From a virus, in the IMG/VR virus record IMGVR_UViG_3300032093_000042, positions 32,001 through 96,000 of that record: a stretch of 64,000 bases of DNA. The stretch is one strand, 5' to 3'. The notes beneath the pieces are model-generated. The model had not been told where the DNA came from. It made no database searches and saw only the letters and a program-made list of their open reading frames with translations. The position numbers and the translations under genes are program-made. Positions 31,025 to 40,325 of the stretch are shown piece after piece. Each line of letters starts with the position of its first letter. The first letter of the stretch is position 1.

Positions 31025-32740
31025 ATGAAATTAAGCGTAATAATACCGTGTTATAAATTTGAAGAGTACATAGAGGAATGTGTAAATTCTGTACTTAATC
31101 AACAAGTTGATTTTGAATATGAAATAATAGTTAGGGATGATGGTTCTAATGATAACACTTACAATATTATTCATAGTAAATTTTCTCATTTAAAAAATTT
31201 GAAATTGTTGGATAACAGTGTTAATTACGGCGTTTCTCACAATCCAATCATTCTTAATAAAGAATGTAAAGGCGAATACGTATTTTATATAGATGGAGAC
31301 GATTATCTTACAGATATAAATTATTTTCAAAGAGCCGTTAGTTTTTTAGACAATAATAAACAATATGTAGTCTATTCTTCTGGATGTAAGTATAAACAAA
31401 ATGATAAAATATTTCCAGAAACACACTGGGTTTGTAGTTCTTTAAAGATTGTTAAATTGAAAGATCTGCTTATAACAAATTATATTTGTTTTGGTAGAGT
31501 GTATAGAAGATTAGAAATAAATACAATGGATAAATTTTTGAATTATCCATATCCCGATTGGATTTTTAATTTTGAACTTTTAAAAAACGGCGATGGTTAT
31601 TGTGATAATGATAAATGTGTTGGAATTTATAGGTTTAGAGAGTCGTGTGTATTTAGTACTAAAACCGATGAGGAAAAAAATGTTAATAATGAAATAATAA
31701 AAAGAGAATTAGAACGTAGATATGTACATCATGTAAATAAAACTATTACTATAATTGATAGTTTTGTTCATAACGATGCTATCAAAAATAAACTAAGTAA
31801 TACTTTAAATTGGATGAAAGAAGATGGACACGAAGTACTCTTAGTTTCTAATACTCTTATAGACATAAACATTATAAACGGAGTTAAATATTATTTATAT
31901 GATAGTAATAATAACCTGTTTAGTGATACCTATACTAATTTACCGTATTTAGATACTTGGAAATTAATTGGTAATATGGAATGTCACGATATATCTTATA
32001 GTCTCCAAAAACACGGTTTATCTGTATTAATAAATTTATTTAATTCTTTAATGTATGCTAAAAATTTGGGCTATACACATTTTCAAAGATTTGAAGTTGA
32101 CGATTTGTACGGACCAAACTCTAGAAAATATATAAAAAATATTCCATTAGAATGTTTTTTTCAAAATAAAAAAGGATTATTTTATTACAATGATAATAAT
32201 AATCCACCGGACATATCTTTTCACTATTTCTATTGTGAAATAGACTATTTTTTAAATAAAATTAAAAAAATAACATGTGAATTAGATTATAAAAATTATT
32301 TACATGAAATTTATAATAATAATGATTTTAAAATAGTAGAAGTTTTTATATACGATTATCTTAAAAAAAATAAAGACGATGAAATTTTAAAAAAATCCGG
32401 TGGAGATCAAATGAAAAATGATTTTAAAGATACCATATGGAATACTGAAACCTCGGTATCTAATTACGACAGTAAATATAGAGGATGTACCACAAGATTG
32501 TATAAATACAAAGATGAATATATATTACTAACATATAATTATACACCCAACGAAATTAAAAGATTTATAAAAGTAGAATTTACGGATAATACAACTACAT
32601 ATATTAATCACACGGTTTCTTGTATACATGCTTGGAATTTTAATAATTTGAGCAAAAATACAAAAAAAATAGATGTTTATCAAAACGATATTTTGTTGTA
32701 TACTGAAAAAACAGAAGATGTAAGTAGTTATATAAATTAA
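31025..32740 (+). CDS. GT2 glycosyltransferase with an uncharacterised C-terminal domain
   Basis: SVIIPCY, EIIVRDDGSND, YIDGDDY; ATG 31025 preferred to the TTG at 31001. Confidence 0.85.
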   Translation: MKLSVIIPCYKFEEYIEECVNSVLNQQVDFEYEIIVRDDGSNDNTYNIIHSKFSHLKNLKLLDNSVNYGVSHNPIILNKECKGEYVFYIDGDDYLTDINYFQRAVSFLDNNKQYVVYSSGCKYKQNDKIFPETHWVCSSLKIVKLKDLLITNYICFGRVYRRLEINTMDKFLNYPYPDWIFNFELLKNGDGYCDNDKCVGIYRFRESCVFSTKTDEEKNVNNEIIKRELERRYVHHVNKTITIIDSFVHNDAIKNKLSNTLNWMKEDGHEVLLVSNTLIDINIINGVKYYLYDSNNNLFSDTYTNLPYLDTWKLIGNMECHDISYSLQKHGLSVLINLFNSLMYAKNLGYTHFQRFEVDDLYGPNSRKYIKNIPLECFFQNKKGLFYYNDNNNPPDISFHYFYCEIDYFLNKIKKITCELDYKNYLHEIYNNNDFKIVEVFIYDYLKKNKDDEILKKSGGDQMKNDFKDTIWNTETSVSNYDSKYRGCTTRLYKYKDEYILLTYNYTPNEIKRFIKVEFTDNTTTYINHTVSCIHAWNFNNLSKNTKKIDVYQNDILLYTEKTEDVSSYIN

Positions 32741-32756
32741 AAAATTGATATTTAAA

Positions 32757-34880
32757 ATGAAAATTGTACAAGTACATCCAGGCATTTTACCAATTCCACC
32801 AAATGGTTGGGGGGCGGTTGAAAAAATTATATGGGAATATAAAAAAGCTTTTGAGAAAATGGGTCATGTATGTGACATTTTATATTTAAATGATATAGAT
32901 CCATCTAAATATGATGTAATACACGTACACGTTGCAAATTTAGCAATTATGCTTCGTAATAAAAATATTCCTTATTTTTTTACATGTCACGATCACCACG
33001 CTTTTTTGTATACAAAAGAAAGTAATGTTTTTAAAGAAAATTACGAAGCCGCTAAATATTCTTTGAAGACTTTTGTACCAGCAAAGTATTTGGTTGAATA
33101 TTTTGATTTAAAAAACGTTTTATATTTAAGTCACGGTGTAAATAACGAATTTTTTAAACCGTCACAAAATAATTTTAACACACATCGTTTGTTATGTGTT
33201 GCTAATAACGGTATAGCTCACGATAAATCGTATGATAGAAAAGGATTTTCATATGCTATACATGCAGCTGAGAAATTAAATTTACCTATTACCATAGCAG
33301 GTCCAGAAAATAATAAACATTTTTTTAAAAAATTCAATTCCGACTATGAAAAATTAACTTTAAAATTTAATTTAAACGAACAAGAATTATTAAAAGAGTA
33401 CCAATCACATTCAATATTTTTACATTTATCAGATTTGGAAGCTGGTCATCCAAATTTAACTTTGTTGGAATCAATTGGGTGTGGATTACCAATAGTAGGA
33501 ACATACGAAAAAAATAACGAATTGGAAGGTTTGTATAAAGTTGAAAGAGACGTTGACTGTATTGTTAATGGCATCAATTATGTCATTGCTAATTATGAAC
33601 AATTTAAAAATAAATGTTTATTTACATCAAAAATTAAAAGTTGGGATAATATTGTAATGAATTTAATTAACATATATAACAATCAAACGATGGCTACACA
33701 ATTGGTGGACATATACAATAATACAGAAATAACTTATAAGTCTCCAATTAATCCGATTGAAATCAAAAACGAATTTGTTTTTGATTTCAATAATGGACCA
33801 AAAGTAGAAATATTAGGATCAATCACGAAAAAATATAATATAAAAATGAAAGATCTTAATTCAAGTCAAATATTATATGAAACCGATATCACCAATAATA
33901 TGTGGTGTGTAGCTAGTAAAAAATATTATATTCCGTGGAGAATTGAAATAAAAGATATAGAAACAAATGAAATTTTTATATACGATCTTAATTTAGAAAA
34001 TAAAAATGTTAAAATAATAAACGAGTCTCCTTCACTTGGAGATTATATATCGTGGATTTCTTATATTGATAAATTTCAGAAAACTCATAAGTGTATAGTT
34101 GATATATACACACCAAATAAAAATATATTTAAAGACTCATATCCAAATTTAAATTTTTATAATTATAATCAAAATTTAAATAGTAATTATTTTGCTACAT
34201 ATAGAATAGGTTGTTTTGACCCATCCGACAGAAATTTATCACCTAAAGATTATAGAGAACAAAACTTACAAGAAATTTCGGCAAATATTCTTGGTTTTGA
34301 TTACGTAGAAATAACTCCTAGTATAATTGTGAACAACACTACACGTAAACTTGATGAAAAATACGTATGTATTTCTACTGCATCAACGTCAGGTTGTAAA
34401 CATTGGCAATATGACGGTGGATGGCAAAAAACTGTAGATTATTTGAATAAAATCGGATATAAAGTAGTTGTCATTCAAAAAGAACCGTTAAATTACATGG
34501 ATTTAAAAAATTTATATAATGTGGTTCATCCAAAAACAGAAAATATCAATGATGCGATAAATTGGCTTTATAACTGCGAATTTTTTATAGGATTGAGTTC
34601 GGGTATTAGTTGGCTTGCTTGGGCATTACGTAAACCTGTAATTTTAATAAGCGGATTTACTAAAACTTTCAATGAGTTTTCCACTCCTTATAGATTAATA
34701 AACGAGTCGGTTTGTAACGGTTGTTGGAACAATAGTTTGTACAAATTAGACGGAGGAGATTGGAATTGGTGTCCTGTTAATAAAAATACAAAAGATCACT
34801 TTATATGTACTAAAACTATAACTCCCGATCAAGTAATTGATACAATCAATAAATTAACGGTTGATAAAAATTTGTTATAA
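32757..34880 (+). CDS. GT4 glycosyltransferase fused to a TibC/Aah-type protein O-heptosyltransferase domain
   Basis: PPNGWGAVE, RKG, EAGHPNLTLLE (GT4); then FDFNNGPKVEI...KKYYIPWRI, SLGDYISW, CKHW, FFIGLSSGISWLAWAL, LISGF and iron-finger CNGCW...WCP...FICTK. Confidence 0.85.
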   Translation: MKIVQVHPGILPIPPNGWGAVEKIIWEYKKAFEKMGHVCDILYLNDIDPSKYDVIHVHVANLAIMLRNKNIPYFFTCHDHHAFLYTKESNVFKENYEAAKYSLKTFVPAKYLVEYFDLKNVLYLSHGVNNEFFKPSQNNFNTHRLLCVANNGIAHDKSYDRKGFSYAIHAAEKLNLPITIAGPENNKHFFKKFNSDYEKLTLKFNLNEQELLKEYQSHSIFLHLSDLEAGHPNLTLLESIGCGLPIVGTYEKNNELEGLYKVERDVDCIVNGINYVIANYEQFKNKCLFTSKIKSWDNIVMNLINIYNNQTMATQLVDIYNNTEITYKSPINPIEIKNEFVFDFNNGPKVEILGSITKKYNIKMKDLNSSQILYETDITNNMWCVASKKYYIPWRIEIKDIETNEIFIYDLNLENKNVKIINESPSLGDYISWISYIDKFQKTHKCIVDIYTPNKNIFKDSYPNLNFYNYNQNLNSNYFATYRIGCFDPSDRNLSPKDYREQNLQEISANILGFDYVEITPSIIVNNTTRKLDEKYVCISTASTSGCKHWQYDGGWQKTVDYLNKIGYKVVVIQKEPLNYMDLKNLYNVVHPKTENINDAINWLYNCEFFIGLSSGISWLAWALRKPVILISGFTKTFNEFSTPYRLINESVCNGCWNNSLYKLDGGDWNWCPVNKNTKDHFICTKTITPDQVIDTINKLTVDKNLL

Positions 34881-34970
34881 AATAAAAAAAGATATAATAA
34901 ATAGTTTAATCTTCCTTTTTTTATTTTATATTTATTGATTAAATATAACTTTTGAAAGGATATTAACATT

Positions 34971-37900
34971 ATGCCAATACAAGAAGGAGGCACATTTGCC
35001 CCAACACAAAATATAGTAAGTCCAGGCGTTTTTACCAGAGAAAACGATCTGTCGGGTTTAGCACAAGGAGTCGCTAACATCGGTGGTGCTATAGTAGCAC
35101 CATTTTCTGACGGGCCCGCATTTTTCCCAGCAACTTTAACAGATGTAGCTACATTAGAAAATCGTTTCGGTGTTGCTGACGGTGTATATTACGGTCCATA
35201 TACAGCAAAAGAATATCTACAACAACAAGGCATTGTCACAGTTGTTCGTGTAGGTGGTTTAACTGGTTACTGGCAAAAGAATCCATTACTTGTTTATGCA
35301 CAACCAGGTACGTGGAATCGTGGATCAGATGCCGGTGCTATTACAACCGCATCATTCATGTATTTGGACGATACAAATTATACTACCAATATTAATTATC
35401 AACAAAGTAGTTCTGTATTAATATCTTCTGGAAGTAACAATACAGTTGTCGGAAAAAATAATTTTATTGGATTATCCGGTAAAATTACAGTAACCAAAGC
35501 CACTACAAGTGAAATTAGTTTATTTTTATTAAATAATATCAATGGTTTGCCATATTATTCAACACTTTCAAGTTCCTTGGCTACTTCAGCCAGTTTAGGT
35601 AAAGTATTAAAAATCACCACCACTGATTATTATAATGCATTTACCGCTTCTGTACAAAGACGCAATTTTACGGTAGGTAAAACAACTAACTATAGTTTGG
35701 CAAATTTTGATTTCCAAAAATCACGTTTTTCAGGATCTATTTCATCTAGCGCAACTACGTATTCATTGGTATTTGATACAAATACATTTGGTAATATTTC
35801 TGGTTCTCAAAATACTGCTCCTAGATCATCTACTCATCCGTATTACAGTTATTTGACTGCTTCATATACATTAATCGGAAATACCGTTGTATATGGATTA
35901 GTTTTTGCTAAATGTCCATCATCTCAAACTACTAATTTTTCAACGGCTAATTATAATTTGGCTAAGTCTACAGGTAGTTATGAATTCCGCGTTGATAATT
36001 CAAGAATATCTCTTAGCGGTTCAATCAATGTGAAATTTGGATCCGTAGCAGCTACAAGTTTAGTAAATGCTGGATCGACTGATGGCACAGGAACATTAAG
36101 TGGCAGTGTTTTATACGCTGACCAACAATTAAATATAGGCGGAATCGGTCCTATTTTATTTACCAAGAAAGGCGCTCCATCGAATGCACAATATCCATAT
36201 TATTATTTAACTTCAAGTGTACAAGCACAAGATGTAAGTGCAGAAACTGCAATTTCTACAGCGTTCGCTGAAAGTACTGCTACAAGTGTATTATTTAGTA
36301 GTTCTTATTTTAACGATACTAGTATTGGATATAATAGAGACGTGTTAAATGTTTCTAGTGGAAACGTTCAATTACTAAGCGGTAGTGTTGCTTCTGTTCG
36401 TGGATCAGGAACATGCGTTGCTGGTTTACAGTTAAAAGGTGTAATTAGCGGTAATTATGGTAAATATACAGGAACATTTACGCCAGACGGAACAAATAGT
36501 AATGACCCATGTAATCCAAATACTTCAGGTCGTCAAAATATGATTTTGGCAGTATTGGCTAACACTCAAAATGCTTCTGCTCAATTTAGCAGTGATTACG
36601 AGGTATATGGATTCAATAACACTACATTATCACAACTAACTAGTTCAACATTCCCATATAAGAATTTGATCAATCCAAACGAAAACGTTTATAATTTGGC
36701 TTTAAGATATAACTTTACAAATCCAAATGGCAGCGTTTCTTCTGGTACATACGGATATTACGATTTCAGTCTAAATGAAAATGATAATAACTATATTAAA
36801 GACGTATTTGGAGTTGATCCAACAGTTGGTAATCCTGATAAACAAATTGCTGGTCAAAAAGTTGAAGCTGCTTACAACTACGTTCTATTTGAAGATAGTA
36901 TCAAGAAGTTCGTTGCTGAAAAAACCAGTAATTTGGGTTGGAAATTGCAAGTTGGTACAAATAGTATATCCGGAAGTACAATTGTGGGTGAACCACTTAA
37001 ATTTGTAGATCAATATAGTACAAATTTAAACGCCGGTGATAGTCAATTCAGTATCACCAACGCAACTACTCCTTGGATCTATTCACAGAAGATAGCTCCA
37101 TTTAAAGGTAGTGCGGCTGAATCTCCGGAACCAACAAAATTCCAATTATTCAGAGTACATACTTTGAGCGACGGTACATTAAGTAATAAAAAATTTAAGA
37201 TTGAAATTAGTAATGTTAAATTAGCAGGTACCGTACCTGGCAGCGATTGGGGCAGTTTCACATTAGCAGTACGTGCTTATAGTGATACCGATAAGAAGCC
37301 TAAGTATCTTGAAATTTTCCAAAATTGTAATTTGGATCCAGAATCAGCAAACTATGTAGCACGTAAAGTAGGCGATAGATATGCTTATATTACCTACGCT
37401 GGTAAAATCATTCAATTTGGAGATTTTGTTAACTTAAGCAGATATATTAGAATTGAAATGGCCGATACTTCATATCCGGTTAGTTCAGTACCATACGGAT
37501 TTGAATCATATAGTACTCCGATTGATAGTACAGCTAGTATTTATGTTCCTTACATTCAATATAGTAAGGCAAGTATCTATGGTTTAGCTCCAGGTAAATA
37601 TCCTTCTGGTACAGTGTTTGGAGGTGTACCACAAACGGACGATGAAATTCAATCTCTATATCCTACATCATCATTTGGTGTCGGTGTAGAAAATAATACA
37701 CACCAATACTTTAATCCACTACCTTACTACGGCAATACAGATTCAAATGGTCTAAATATAGACTTTGATCTAGAAGATAAAGTTTGGGGAACAAGTACTG
37801 CTAAATACTATGCTCAAGGTACTTCTGCAAGTACAGGTTCTTTATTAGCACCAAGTTTAAGTGGTAGTATTCCAAGTACCTATGACGCCGTTAATGAAAG

Positions 37901-38915
37901 TACGTATGTTAAACTACGTAAGTTCGTTGTTGGTTTCCAAGGTGGATTTGATGGTCAATGGCCAGCAATTCCTATCAACGTAGGTAGTGCTATTACGCCA
38001 GGTAATACACAAGGTCTAGACTGTACAAATATCAACAGTCCAGGTAGTATTGCTTATAAACAATGTATTGCTGCTCTAGGTAATGCCGATGAATTTGATA
38101 TCAACTTGATTGTATTACCTGGTATCTTCCGTGAGATGCACAGTTATGTTACCGAATTGGTAATTGATATGTGTGAAACTCGCCAAGATTGTTTCTATAT
38201 CATGGATAATGTGGTGTTCCCAGCAAGCAATCAAACCGTAGGATTGATTGATGCAGCAGTAAATACTGTAGCTACAGTTGATAGTAATTATGTAGGTACT
38301 TATTATCCGTGGGTTAAGATCCTAGATACCAATACCAATAAGATTATTAGTGTACCACCTTCAGTTGTATTACCAGCGGTTTATGCTGCTAATGATAATG
38401 CTGCCGCTGAATGGTACGCTCCAGCCGGTTTAAACCGTGGTGGTATTCCTCAAGCAGTACAAGTACTTGATAGAGTAACACACAGCGAACGTGATACACT
38501 CTATGAAGGTCGTGTAAATCCAATCGCAGCATTCCCTGGCCAGGGTATCTGTGTATGGGGTCAAAAGACTCTTCAAATCGCTCCAAGTGCTTTGGATCGT
38601 ATCAATGTACGTCGTTTGTTGATCAACTTGAAGAAGTTTATCGCGAGCTCAAGCAACTACTTGGTATTCGAACAAAACGTAGCTGCTACACGTAACAGAT
38701 TCTTGAGTATCGTAACTCCATATTTGGAATCTGTACAACAACGTAACGGTATTTACGCATTCCAAGTCAAGATGGATGAAACTAATAATACACCCGATTT
38801 GATAGATAGAAATATTCTATATGGTCAAATCTATATTCAACCAACTCGTACTGCTGAATTTATTATACTCGATTTCAACATACTTCCTACAGGAGGGGCT
38901 AGTTTTAATGTTTGA
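34971..38915 (+). CDS. gp18: tail sheath protein (gp18-like) with a very large insertion
   Basis: VSPGVFTRENDLS, YYPW, WYAPAGLNRG, RDTLYEGRVNPI..FPGQG...WGQKTLQ...SALDRINVRRLL, FEQN, PTRTAEFI; GAAAGGA SD. Confidence 0.95.
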   Translation: MPIQEGGTFAPTQNIVSPGVFTRENDLSGLAQGVANIGGAIVAPFSDGPAFFPATLTDVATLENRFGVADGVYYGPYTAKEYLQQQGIVTVVRVGGLTGYWQKNPLLVYAQPGTWNRGSDAGAITTASFMYLDDTNYTTNINYQQSSSVLISSGSNNTVVGKNNFIGLSGKITVTKATTSEISLFLLNNINGLPYYSTLSSSLATSASLGKVLKITTTDYYNAFTASVQRRNFTVGKTTNYSLANFDFQKSRFSGSISSSATTYSLVFDTNTFGNISGSQNTAPRSSTHPYYSYLTASYTLIGNTVVYGLVFAKCPSSQTTNFSTANYNLAKSTGSYEFRVDNSRISLSGSINVKFGSVAATSLVNAGSTDGTGTLSGSVLYADQQLNIGGIGPILFTKKGAPSNAQYPYYYLTSSVQAQDVSAETAISTAFAESTATSVLFSSSYFNDTSIGYNRDVLNVSSGNVQLLSGSVASVRGSGTCVAGLQLKGVISGNYGKYTGTFTPDGTNSNDPCNPNTSGRQNMILAVLANTQNASAQFSSDYEVYGFNNTTLSQLTSSTFPYKNLINPNENVYNLALRYNFTNPNGSVSSGTYGYYDFSLNENDNNYIKDVFGVDPTVGNPDKQIAGQKVEAAYNYVLFEDSIKKFVAEKTSNLGWKLQVGTNSISGSTIVGEPLKFVDQYSTNLNAGDSQFSITNATTPWIYSQKIAPFKGSAAESPEPTKFQLFRVHTLSDGTLSNKKFKIEISNVKLAGTVPGSDWGSFTLAVRAYSDTDKKPKYLEIFQNCNLDPESANYVARKVGDRYAYITYAGKIIQFGDFVNLSRYIRIEMADTSYPVSSVPYGFESYSTPIDSTASIYVPYIQYSKASIYGLAPGKYPSGTVFGGVPQTDDEIQSLYPTSSFGVGVENNTHQYFNPLPYYGNTDSNGLNIDFDLEDKVWGTSTAKYYAQGTSASTGSLLAPSLSGSIPSTYDAVNESTYVKLRKFVVGFQGGFDGQWPAIPINVGSAITPGNTQGLDCTNINSPGSIAYKQCIAALGNADEFDINLIVLPGIFREMHSYVTELVIDMCETRQDCFYIMDNVVFPASNQTVGLIDAAVNTVATVDSNYVGTYYPWVKILDTNTNKIISVPPSVVLPAVYAANDNAAAEWYAPAGLNRGGIPQAVQVLDRVTHSERDTLYEGRVNPIAAFPGQGICVWGQKTLQIAPSALDRINVRRLLINLKKFIASSSNYLVFEQNVAATRNRFLSIVTPYLESVQQRNGIYAFQVKMDETNNTPDLIDRNILYGQIYIQPTRTAEFIILDFNILPTGGASFNV

Positions 38916-38930
38916 TAATAAATAATTCAC

Positions 38931-38966
38931 AAAACCTCGCTTAGAAATAAGCGAGGTTTTTGTTTT
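38931..38966 (+). terminator. rho-independent terminator after the sheath gene
   Basis: aaaacctcgctta-GAAA-taagcgaggtttt then tgtttt. Confidence 0.9.
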
Positions 38967-39019
38967 AATTTTTTGGTTAGTCGGTTAATATTTATTAAAT
39001 ATCATATTAACTCTGTATT

Positions 39020-39224
39020 AATTTATATAAACAAATTGGTATGTCATTTGTAGATAACACTACGTCTGGATATCACTATTTTCATAAAAACAAAGGAGTA
39101 CCAATTGAAAGAAAAACTTGAAAAATTTGATATTAATTTAAGTGAATGGCAAAATATGCAAATTAATGGTTATGATAGAATATGGGACTGTGGACATATG
39201 AAATTTGAATGGAAACGTAATTAA
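39020..39224 (+). pseudogene. remnant C-terminus of a Hef-like homing endonuclease
   Basis: Two frames give NLYKQIGMSFVDNTTSGYHYFHKNKGVPIER and LKEKLEKFDINLSEWQNMQINGYDRIWDCGHMKFEWKRN*; no N-terminal part. Confidence 0.7.
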
Positions 39225-39240
39225 TACATATTTATATAAT

Positions 39241-39543
39241 ATGATACGGTTAAAATCTATACTTGCTACGGCCAAACAAGAAAATGACACAAATCATTTA
39301 GTTAAAGAACAATTGTTAAAAGATTCTTCGTTAATAGATCAAGTGATAAATGACACAAACGTTCTTGTTGTTAACAATTTAAAAACGATAAAAGATATTT
39401 TGTCAAAAGAGCCACTGGATAAAGAAAAGTTAAAAATAGCATTAAATAATTATAAACGTTATTTTAATAGAGATAACGGAGGTACACCTGAAGTTATTAG
39501 AGGAATGACTTTTCAAAAAGAGTTGGAAAATCTTTTAAAATGA
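39241..39543 (+). CDS. hypothetical protein with an N-terminal MIRLKSIL leader
   Basis: ATG 39241 lies 4 nt after TATTTATA; ATGA overlap with the next gene. Confidence 0.65.
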   Translation: MIRLKSILATAKQENDTNHLVKEQLLKDSSLIDQVINDTNVLVVNNLKTIKDILSKEPLDKEKLKIALNNYKRYFNRDNGGTPEVIRGMTFQKELENLLK

Positions 39544-40325
39544 TTAGTTTAACCGATCTATTGTTAGAAGCCAAACTTCCTCAAAGCGAGCAAGATATGG
39601 ATCTTTATGCTCGTAAATACAAAAAAACAATAGATTATTTACGTACCAAGAACAAAGTACTATTGTTAACTACCAGTAATAGATGGAGTCAACACAAAGA
39701 CGATGTTCCAAAGAGTACTCAATTAGCAATTAAAATACAAGAATTATTGGGTAAAGAAAAAGTCACATTGATTGAAGTACCCAGTTTAAATATAGCTCCG
39801 TGTGAAGGCAATGTTAGTAGCAACTTAAAATACGACGGAAATCATTGTGGCGTTGCAAAAGCATTATTAAAAGATAAAGAAAAGAATCCAAGTGGATATC
39901 ATCGTTGTTGGGCAAGTCTTAATGAAAAAGGGGATGAACTTTGGAAGATTACCAAAGAACTGTTTGAAAGTGATTGTGTAGTATTTTTTGCTAGTGTTAG
40001 ATGGGGTCAAGCTAATGGTTATTATCAAAAACTCATTGAACGTTTAACTTGGATTGAAAACAGACACTCTACTCTTGGAGAAAAGAATGTTGTAAAAGAC
40101 ATTGAAGCTGGATTTATTGCAGTTGGACAAAATTGGCACGGTAAACAAGTTGTTGAAACTCAAAGAGCAGTATTAGGCGATTATTACCAATTCAAAACAT
40201 CAGATGTATTGTTCTGGAATTGGCAATTTACACAAGATGATACAGACGAAACTAAACGTTCTTATGATAAAGCAGTTAGAGTGTTTGATAAAACATTTTT
40301 AAAACCATATGATAAAGCTGAATAA
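39540..40325 (+). CDS. flavodoxin-fold protein (NADPH-dependent FMN reductase / iron-sulfur flavoprotein-like) with MISLTDLLLE leader
   Basis: KVLLLTTS.R...KST.LA, IAPCEG...C...C, DEL..I..EL.ESD.VVF...V.WG....Y.KLIERL. Confidence 0.75.
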   Translation: MISLTDLLLEAKLPQSEQDMDLYARKYKKTIDYLRTKNKVLLLTTSNRWSQHKDDVPKSTQLAIKIQELLGKEKVTLIEVPSLNIAPCEGNVSSNLKYDGNHCGVAKALLKDKEKNPSGYHRCWASLNEKGDELWKITKELFESDCVVFFASVRWGQANGYYQKLIERLTWIENRHSTLGEKNVVKDIEAGFIAVGQNWHGKQVVETQRAVLGDYYQFKTSDVLFWNWQFTQDDTDETKRSYDKAVRVFDKTFLKPYDKAE

